Source: Bdellovibrionales bacterium | Lineage (GTDB): Bacteria > Bdellovibrionota > Bdellovibrionia > Bdellovibrionales > UBA840 | Length of the DNA stretch: 37,929 nucleotides | Assembly (NCBI GenBank): GCA_037969075.1 | Contig: JBBKWS010000087.1 | Location: 1 to 37,929 of the forward strand | Direction of reading: 5' to 3' | Shown: positions 18,388-25,226 of the stretch, in pieces | Layout of the letters: each line of letters opens with the position of its first letter | How positions within the stretch are numbered: position 1 is the first letter of the stretch | The notes under the pieces: model-generated | The model's input: only the letters and a program-made list of their open reading frames with translations | The model's database searches: none | What the model was told of the DNA's origin: nothing | Translations under genes and position numbers: made by a program

Positions 18388-20172
18388 ATGAAAAAATGGA
18401 AGCGCAGTCATACTTGCGGTGAATTGACAAAAACAGCAGCTGGGAATGAGGTTACTTTGCTTGGTTGGGTAGATACTAGGCGTGACCATGGTGGACTTAT
18501 TTTTGTTGATTTAAGAGACCGTTATGGCAAAACGCAAATCGTATTTAATCCTGCTGATCTAAAGCAATCTAGTAGTAAAGAATTTAGATCAGAATATGTA
18601 ATAGCGGTAACAGGTAAGGTGCGCGCGCGACCAGAGGGCATGGCAAACCAAAAGATGACGACAGGTGAAATCGAACTTGAAGCCACCGAGTGTGAAGTCT
18701 TATCACAAGCTAAAACTACACCTTTTCAACTTGATGATGACAATGTGTCTGAAGTTTTAAGATTAAAATATCGCTATCTAGATTTACGTACAGATAGAAT
18801 GCATAAAAATTTACTATTAAGGCATAAGCTAATTACTGGTTTACGGGCGGCTTTAAATGAAAATGATTTTTTAGAAATTGAAACACCAATACTATATAAA
18901 AGCACACCAGAAGGAGCTAGAGATTATTTAGTGCCTTCGCGCGTGCACCCAGGCAGCTTTTATGCTCTTCCTCAAAGTCCGCAGACTTTAAAGCAATTAC
19001 TAATGATTGCTGGTTACGATAAGTACTACCAAGTTGCTAGATGTTTTAGAGATGAAGATTTACGATCTGAAAGACAGCCAGAATTTACTCAGCTCGATAT
19101 TGAAATGAGTTTTGTTGATGTCGAAGACATCATGGAGTTAAATGAAACTTTAATTAAAAAAGTTTGGAAGGATCTTCGTGGATATGAAATTGGAAAGATT
19201 CCAATATTAACATACGATGATGCCATGAATACATATGGTAATGATAAGCCGGATACCAGGTTTGGCCTAAAATTTACTGACTTAACTGAATCACTAAAGA
19301 ACTCAGGATTTAAAGTCTTCGATGATGTTAGCTCTCGTGGTGGCGCAATTAAAGGCTTCGCCATACCTGGTGGTTCAACGATTAGTCGTGGACAAATTGA
19401 TAAGTATACCGATTTAGTGAAACGCAGCGGTGCTAAAGGTTTGGTTTGGATTAAATGGGAAGGGGATAAGGTCACGTCGGCTGTCGCTAAATTTTTCTCA
19501 GAAGACAAACTAAAAGAGCTAGTAACCGCATGCGGAGGAAAGCAAGGAGATGCCGCTTTTATCGTTGCAGATGATTGGAATATTACCTGTGCAGCTCTTG
19601 CGGGACTTCGCTTGCAAGTAGGTAATGAGTTAAAGCTAATAGATACTTCTAAAGATAGTTTTTTATGGGTCATTGATTTCCCATTGTTTGATTACTCTCC
19701 AGAAGATAAGCGTTGGGTGGCTATGCATCACCCGTTTACAATGATGAAAGAAGAGCATGCTGATATTTTAATTTCTGGTCGTGAAGAAGATTACGGAAAA
19801 ATTAGAGCCAAGGCGTACGATTTGGTGTGTAATGGCTATGAAATTGCTGGCGGCAGTATTCGTATTTTTAGAAATGAAGTGCAAAGTGCCATGTTTAAGG
19901 CGCTACAGATTTCTCCAGAAGATGCTGAGAAAAAATTTGGATATTTTTTAGAAGCATTAAACTATGGAACTCCTCCGCATGGTGGTATTGCATGGGGTCT
20001 AGACCGTGTAGCAATGATTTTATGTAATACAGAAGCCATTCGAGATGTAATTGCTTTTCCAAAAACATCAAAAGCTAGTTGCATGATGTCTGAAGCTCCA
20101 ACGCAAGTGGATAGATCTCAACTTCTAGAGCTGGGCTTAAGTCTGCTGCGCGCACCCGAGAAGGACTTGTAG
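18388..20172 (+). CDS. aspS: Aspartate--tRNA ligase (probably non-discriminating)
   Basis: RSHTCG, RRDHGGLIFVDLRD, STPEGARDY, LPQSPQ, GAD insert, YGTPPHGGIAWGLDR. Confidence 0.98.
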   Translation: MKKWKRSHTCGELTKTAAGNEVTLLGWVDTRRDHGGLIFVDLRDRYGKTQIVFNPADLKQSSSKEFRSEYVIAVTGKVRARPEGMANQKMTTGEIELEATECEVLSQAKTTPFQLDDDNVSEVLRLKYRYLDLRTDRMHKNLLLRHKLITGLRAALNENDFLEIETPILYKSTPEGARDYLVPSRVHPGSFYALPQSPQTLKQLLMIAGYDKYYQVARCFRDEDLRSERQPEFTQLDIEMSFVDVEDIMELNETLIKKVWKDLRGYEIGKIPILTYDDAMNTYGNDKPDTRFGLKFTDLTESLKNSGFKVFDDVSSRGGAIKGFAIPGGSTISRGQIDKYTDLVKRSGAKGLVWIKWEGDKVTSAVAKFFSEDKLKELVTACGGKQGDAAFIVADDWNITCAALAGLRLQVGNELKLIDTSKDSFLWVIDFPLFDYSPEDKRWVAMHHPFTMMKEEHADILISGREEDYGKIRAKAYDLVCNGYEIAGGSIRIFRNEVQSAMFKALQISPEDAEKKFGYFLEALNYGTPPHGGIAWGLDRVAMILCNTEAIRDVIAFPKTSKASCMMSEAPTQVDRSQLLELGLSLLRAPEKDL

Positions 20173-20191
20173 TAACTGGCTCTTCGTCTTA

Positions 20192-20218
20192 TATAGTTTC
20201 ATTTTAATACACCGATAG
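20192..20218 (+). promoter_or_regulatory. sigma28 (FliA)-like promoter
   Basis: TATAGTTT-N11-ACCGATAG versus consensus TAAAGTTT-N11-GCCGATAA. Confidence 0.7.
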
Positions 20219-20253
20219 GTATATAAGCGCATGATGTGCTTTCAGTACCAAAA

Positions 20254-20270
20254 ACACACAGGAGGTGTGT
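20254..20270 (+). promoter_or_regulatory. SD-containing hairpin, CsrA-type site
   Basis: ACACAC-AGGAG-GTGTGT: 6-bp stem with GGA in the loop, immediately before ATG 20271. Confidence 0.6.
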
Positions 20271-20693
20271 ATGGAAAAAATTAGTGGAATTATACCCTCT
20301 AATTCAAGAATCTCTTCGGTTGATTTGTCTAAATCAGTGCCAACACGTAGAGGGCACCCCAATGTAGGGCAACCTCAGGTTGATGCTAGTATGCACAAAT
20401 CTGCATTGCCAAAAACAATTCTAAAACAAGCTAGTGGTGCTTATGCACAGGCTTTAGATTTGAGGCAAAAAAATAGGCAAGATTCTATTCAAGCCAATAG
20501 TATTCAAGATGATTTCTTTAAATCTCGTATGGATCCAGAGATAGAGGAAATATTTGAAGCCGGGCGAGATGAATTGATTGCTAATGTAGAGCCTACAGAG
20601 ATAGATGAAGAAGTGTTAGAAAACATGGGGTTTGTTGATGTAAGCGATGATGCTACACAAGAAGTTGGCAGCAACCTTTCCGTTGTCGCTTAA
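20271..20693 (+). CDS. Hypothetical protein, basic N-terminus and acidic C-terminus
   Basis: AGGAGG SD supports ATG 20271 (MEKISGIIP...); own promoter motif; no domain recognised. Confidence 0.7.
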   Translation: MEKISGIIPSNSRISSVDLSKSVPTRRGHPNVGQPQVDASMHKSALPKTILKQASGAYAQALDLRQKNRQDSIQANSIQDDFFKSRMDPEIEEIFEAGRDELIANVEPTEIDEEVLENMGFVDVSDDATQEVGSNLSVVA

Positions 20694-20717
20694 GTAATTA
20701 TTCGCTATAATGATATA

Positions 20718-21674
20718 GTGGATGAGATAACAAAAGACCTATTGTCAGCATTTAAACTTAGGGCTAAGGAGAATCCTGGCCCATATCCTTATACAGTATC
20801 TTTCGACTTTGGAAGTTCTTCTAAAAGTATTTTTATTTGTTCTGCTATTCACGGCGATGAAGTGGGCAGCATTCCCGCACTTCTTCGTGTGATTGATGAT
20901 ATTAAATCAAAAAAAATTACATATAACGGAAAAATCACATTAGCCCTAGGAAATGTAGAGGCTATTAAAATTGGTAAACGTTTTGTCGAAGAAGATATGA
21001 ATCGTATTTTTGGTAAAACAGGATTAAATACGATCGATGGAAGAAGGGCCGAAGAAATTAGTTTTCTCATCGCTTCGCATGATATGCTTATTGATTTACA
21101 TCAAACCATTGGACCAACGAAATCTCCTTTTTATGTGATTCGTGGCTCAGAGGAAAATATACAATTATCAAAAATATTAGCCTCGGCTCCGCTTGCGATT
21201 ATTGCTGAAGAAGCTGAGTTCAATGGGACTGGCAGGATGACAGCAACCGCTTATGCTTCGCAAAAAAATACTTTTGCCTATACACTAGAGTTAAGTCAAA
21301 AGGGATACAGCCCGCAAGCCGAGTCACTAGCATATGAAACTATAGTAAAGACATTGCATATTTTAAGTACACGAAAAATGTCTGATTGGGCGCTACTAGC
21401 AGAGTCTGCCCCGCCATTAGAGTTAATTAGTATTCAATATTCTCACGAATTTACTGATCCTAAAATGCGATTATTGCCTGGCTTTGCAAATGGTGATTTT
21501 TGTGAAAAGGATACGATTCTTGGAGATGTTGGAGATGTTGGAGATCATAAAATATTAGCACCTTTTGATGGTTATATCTTTTTTCCTAAATATCCAAATC
21601 GTGGTACAGATCAAAATGCCACTAGGCCACTGCCATCCCATTTATTTGAATTTGGTAAAGTACTAAATTCGTAG
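20718..21674 (+). CDS. Succinylglutamate desuccinylase/aspartoacylase (M14-like) family protein
   Basis: Zn motifs HGDE, DMNRIF, DLH, LEL; C-terminal barrel-sandwich-like ILAPFDGY; TATAAT 6 nt before GTG. Confidence 0.82.
   Translation: MDEITKDLLSAFKLRAKENPGPYPYTVSFDFGSSSKSIFICSAIHGDEVGSIPALLRVIDDIKSKKITYNGKITLALGNVEAIKIGKRFVEEDMNRIFGKTGLNTIDGRRAEEISFLIASHDMLIDLHQTIGPTKSPFYVIRGSEENIQLSKILASAPLAIIAEEAEFNGTGRMTATAYASQKNTFAYTLELSQKGYSPQAESLAYETIVKTLHILSTRKMSDWALLAESAPPLELISIQYSHEFTDPKMRLLPGFANGDFCEKDTILGDVGDVGDHKILAPFDGYIFFPKYPNRGTDQNATRPLPSHLFEFGKVLNS
21520..21545 (+). repeat. In-frame 9-bp tandem repeat (TTGGAGATG) x about 2.9
   Basis: ttggagatg ttggagatg ttggagat encoding GDVGDVGD. Confidence 0.85.
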
Positions 21675-22579
21675 GGCTCCGTTATTAAGCCGAAACTTTC
21701 AAGGCTATGCACTTTGGATATAGACTGAAGTTTTCTTTTTCCGTCCTGATCCTTATCAACCACCATAATAATTTGAACCGATAAAAATAGTAATCTTCTG
21801 ATGGTGTCTAGTGACCATTGTGGTGCCCCAATTTGAACAAGCATTTCAAGTCGCAGCAATGCCTCATTGGCAGAATTAGCATGTAAAGTTCCCATGCTAC
21901 CGTGGTGTCCAGTGGATAAAGCTAATAATAAATCTTTCGCCTCACTCCCTCTAATCTCTCCTACGATTAGACGATCAGGACGCATCCGTAAGCTTTGTTT
22001 TACTAAATCTTGCAAGTTAACATTTTTAATTAATTCCTGGTCTTGTTCGTAGCTTAAAAGTTTTGTGGATGAATTATTGGGTAAGTGTAGTTCATTAGTA
22101 TCTTCTAAAATTATACATCTCTCATTTTCAGGCAGGGTGTTTAGTAATGCCCCCATAAAAGATGTTTTTCCGCTTCCCGTGGGGCCTACAACAAGTATAG
22201 TCTTTTTTTCATTAATAATGGCATGAATAGCTTCGTAGTCAGCGACTGATAAGAATTCGTTATCTAAAAAATCCTGTAAACTCCATGTTTTCTTTCTTAT
22301 TCTACGTAAACTAATGGTAAAATTACCTTCACTGATGTGATCACTTACGATGTGAACTCTAAACTCGCGCCATTTACCATTTACAAATGGTCTTAGTAGG
22401 CAAACATCTACATCTAAATCTCTGCAGATTTCTTTGGTAAATAAATAGTAATGATGTTCAGATTCAAAATAAGTATCAGATCTTTGCATCTTCCCATTTA
22501 TTTCTATCCAAATACTCTTATAGTTATTAATAGAGATTTCTGTAATATCCAAATTGTCTAGCAGGTTGTCTATAATCAT
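21611..22579 (-). CDS. tadA: CpaF/TadA-family pilus assembly ATPase (short form)
   Basis: Walker A GPTGSGKT, Asp box ILEDTNEL, SLRMRPDRLIVGEIRG, His box TGHHGSMGTLHA; TAATG coupling to the secretin gene. Confidence 0.88.
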   Translation of the reverse strand: MIIDNLLDNLDITEISINNYKSIWIEINGKMQRSDTYFESEHHYYLFTKEICRDLDVDVCLLRPFVNGKWREFRVHIVSDHISEGNFTISLRRIRKKTWSLQDFLDNEFLSVADYEAIHAIINEKKTILVVGPTGSGKTSFMGALLNTLPENERCIILEDTNELHLPNNSSTKLLSYEQDQELIKNVNLQDLVKQSLRMRPDRLIVGEIRGSEAKDLLLALSTGHHGSMGTLHANSANEALLRLEMLVQIGAPQWSLDTIRRLLFLSVQIIMVVDKDQDGKRKLQSISKVHSLESFGLITEPYEFSTLPNSNKWDGSGLVAF

Positions 22580-23835
22580 TAGGGTTGTATCCTAGGTCGA
22601 ACCAGAATGACTAGTTCGGTTTTATTGTTTTGATAATCTTCACTACCAAATAGTTTTCCCAGTATTGGGATTTGATTTAATCCCGGTAACCCTTGTGTGG
22701 ATTGACTGTTGTGTTCTTTTAGTAGACCAGATATTATTAGTGCTTCATTGTCTTTGATTAAAAATTCAGAACTAATTCTGTTGGTTAAAAAACCTGGCAA
22801 GCCGTCTACTTTTTGACTGGCATCAAGTATAGAGACTTCAATGTTTAATTTAAGTCTCAAACGCTTTTGAGCGTCTATTGTGGGTAATACTTTTAATAAG
22901 ATCCCATAGGATTTCCAGATGATTTCATTACGCTTATGTCCCATAGCCCTTAGTGGAATTTCGCCACCTGCTAAAAATTCAGCCTCTTTTCCACCTACGG
23001 ATACAATCTTTGGGGAGGCTAATATTTTACCAAAGCCATTTTCTTCTATTGCCTGCAGACTCCATGAAAAAGGTAGAGTCTCTATGTTCTTTTGGCTTAC
23101 TTGTACCTCAACACTACTTGGCCAACTCACACCAAATTGCGTTAATTCTTTTTTTCTAACCTCTGTAACAATAATTTCTGTTTCTATGTTTGGAGTAGTA
23201 GAAATAGAATCTTTATCAGCTATAAAAATAAAACCATAGTTATTCAATCTAGAGTTGTAGGCTTTGCTTTCAGTATCACTTATGTAAAACTGTAGATGTG
23301 GAGATTTTTTATAAATGGGCAGTAATAAATTTTGATTTTGATAAACATCAGATAGATATTTATGCAATTCTTCAGAGCTGGTTGTATCTATAATAAGTTT
23401 ATTTTTAAACGTATTGTCACAAGATTTATTTTTATATTCAGAGATGGATGTTTTGATTTTATCTAAGTCATCCAGACGCAAAAGTTTACCATTTAACTGT
23501 GTGCAACCATTAACCCAATCGACTGTTATACCTCTCATGTCCTTTACCGCGTCTAATAATTTTTGATAATAATTATAATCACTTAGTGTGATCGAATGGA
23601 TAACCCAAGTTTTTTTGCTGGTGTAAATTTTTGTAGTGCCCACTTTTTTTGTGACCACTTTATAGCCAGCAGCAAACTGCATTAGTTTTACAATACTTCC
23701 GTCTTCGACAAAAATACGATCTCTATTATTTGTGTTTATTGTGACACTTTGCTTTTCAGCCAATACGACCGAAGTTGTATCCGGATTACTGGCCAATAAA
23801 AAACTCATCTGTAATAAAATAATTGTAATAAGCAT
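22579..23835 (-). CDS. cpaC: CpaC/RcpA-type secretin
   Basis: Signal peptide; AEFLAGGEIP, YGILLKVLP, GLPGLNQIPILGKLFGS...TELVILVRP secretin signature. Confidence 0.88.
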   Translation of the reverse strand: MLITIILLQMSFLLASNPDTTSVVLAEKQSVTINTNNRDRIFVEDGSIVKLMQFAAGYKVVTKKVGTTKIYTSKKTWVIHSITLSDYNYYQKLLDAVKDMRGITVDWVNGCTQLNGKLLRLDDLDKIKTSISEYKNKSCDNTFKNKLIIDTTSSEELHKYLSDVYQNQNLLLPIYKKSPHLQFYISDTESKAYNSRLNNYGFIFIADKDSISTTPNIETEIIVTEVRKKELTQFGVSWPSSVEVQVSQKNIETLPFSWSLQAIEENGFGKILASPKIVSVGGKEAEFLAGGEIPLRAMGHKRNEIIWKSYGILLKVLPTIDAQKRLRLKLNIEVSILDASQKVDGLPGFLTNRISSEFLIKDNEALIISGLLKEHNSQSTQGLPGLNQIPILGKLFGSEDYQNNKTELVILVRPRIQP

Positions 23836-23848
23836 AAGGTCTTACTTA

Positions 23849-23864
23849 TGCAAAGACATTGCCA
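23849..23864 (-). promoter_or_regulatory. sigma54 -24/-12 promoter for cpaC-tadA
   Basis: Minus strand TGGCAATGTCTTTGCA (GG-N10-GC) filling the 29-bp gap. Confidence 0.7.
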
Positions 23865-24938
23865 CTAAAATTTAATGTTTGTTTCTATTTGATTGTTTTT
23901 TGAAATTATTTTTAATTCAGTACTGTGGGCTTTTAAAATAGCTTGCGATACACTAATTCCTAGACCGGTTGAATTTGAATGATTCATTATAGAAGGATCG
24001 ACGTAGAATGGTTTAAATATTTTTTCAAGTTTAGACTCATCAATCTGCCCGATATTTTTGATCGACAACTGTCTGTCACCCCAACTAATACTGACAGTTT
24101 CTCCATTAGGACTATATTTAACTGCATTCTCAATAAGTTCTTCTAGAGCTTTGTTAAGTAAATTGGGGTCAGCCTCAATCTCATTGTCGTCTGCGCTAAA
24201 GTTAATTCCAATATTTTTTTTGTCAAAAATTGGTTGTAGTTTAGATATAATATTCGTTAATGAGTCTTTTACCAATACGTTCTTTTTTTGCAAGGTAAGG
24301 CTATTTGTTTGGGATTTTAAAATAATTAGAGTATTATCAATTAGTTTTTCTAATCTTTGGTAGCCAGTTTCAATTCCATGTACCATTATAGTTTGTTCGC
24401 TATCTTTAATCTCTTCTTTTAGTAGCTGTAAATAGCTCGATATAGAGGTTAACGGAGTTTTTAATTCGTGGTTGATCATAATGGTAAAATTACTTTTTGC
24501 TTGATCTAATTCGCTCAATTCTTTGTAGGCGGCCTCTAATTCTTTGTTTTTTGCTTTCAATTCTTTTCGCATCAAAGCCGCTTCAGCTGCTTTTTCTATA
24601 CTCAACTCAAGCTGGGTGTTATCCCAAGGCTTTGTTAGATATAGTTGGATTTTCGCATCATTTATAGATTTAACTACCGAATCTAAATCCGTGAACCCAG
24701 TAAGTAAGATTCGACTAGCATCCGGTTGGTACTCTAAACTTTCTTTTAAAATTTCTATCCCAGTAAGACCAGGCATCCTTTGGTCAGATAGGATGACATC
24801 TAAAGGCTGTGTGCGAATAATATCTAAAGCATCTTTGCCATTATCAGCACGGAAGATATGATACTTTTTTCGAAATATCCTTTCTAGTGCGTCTAAGTTG
24901 TATGCCTCATCATCGATGATTAATATAGTAGGCTTCAT
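23865..24938 (-). CDS. Cytoplasmic hybrid receiver-histidine kinase (REC-HisKA-HATPase)
   Basis: ILIIDDE, SDQRMPG, YLTKPW; H-box INHELKTPL; N-box ENAVKYS; G2 TGLG; no TM segment. Confidence 0.9.
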   Translation of the reverse strand: MKPTILIIDDEAYNLDALERIFRKKYHIFRADNGKDALDIIRTQPLDVILSDQRMPGLTGIEILKESLEYQPDASRILLTGFTDLDSVVKSINDAKIQLYLTKPWDNTQLELSIEKAAEAALMRKELKAKNKELEAAYKELSELDQAKSNFTIMINHELKTPLTSISSYLQLLKEEIKDSEQTIMVHGIETGYQRLEKLIDNTLIILKSQTNSLTLQKKNVLVKDSLTNIISKLQPIFDKKNIGINFSADDNEIEADPNLLNKALEELIENAVKYSPNGETVSISWGDRQLSIKNIGQIDESKLEKIFKPFYVDPSIMNHSNSTGLGISVSQAILKAHSTELKIISKNNQIETNIKF

Positions 24939-24947
24939 GATATCTAT

Positions 24948-24974
24948 CTATCGGACTCTGCTATATAAACTAAA
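24948..24974 (-). promoter_or_regulatory. sigma28-like promoter of the hybrid kinase
   Basis: Minus strand TTTAGTTT-N11-TCCGATAG, 9 nt before ATG 24938. Confidence 0.6.
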
Positions 24975-25161
24975 AGACCTTGGACTAAGGGCCAAGTATT
25001 TTTAAATGCAATATATTAGTAGGTAGGGACCTAGACCTTAGTATAAATGAATCATAATCCTAATTCTTATTCTTCATAAGTTGGGCATAATAAATATAGG
25101 GAATGTCTTAGCTCTTTTAGAACTAGACCTAGATTTATGACATGAATTGTCCGATTCTAGA

Positions 25162-25189
25162 TCAAGTTTAAAAAGACTAATGACGATAG
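25162..25189 (+). promoter_or_regulatory. sigma28-like promoter of the Gly-rich gene
   Basis: TCAAGTTT-N12-GACGATAG; spacer one base longer than the enteric consensus. Confidence 0.45.
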
Positions 25190-25226
25190 GATGTTGACGA
25201 GTTATCTCGGTTTCTAAGGAGTGGAA

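Noticed and set aside
19089..19673. 194-aa antisense ORF in aspS, and similar shadow ORFs (5464-5913, 9123-9443, 15097-15552, 31227-31718, 37237-37611, etc.)
   Set aside because: They lie opposite well-supported genes and show no motifs; expected antisense artefacts.
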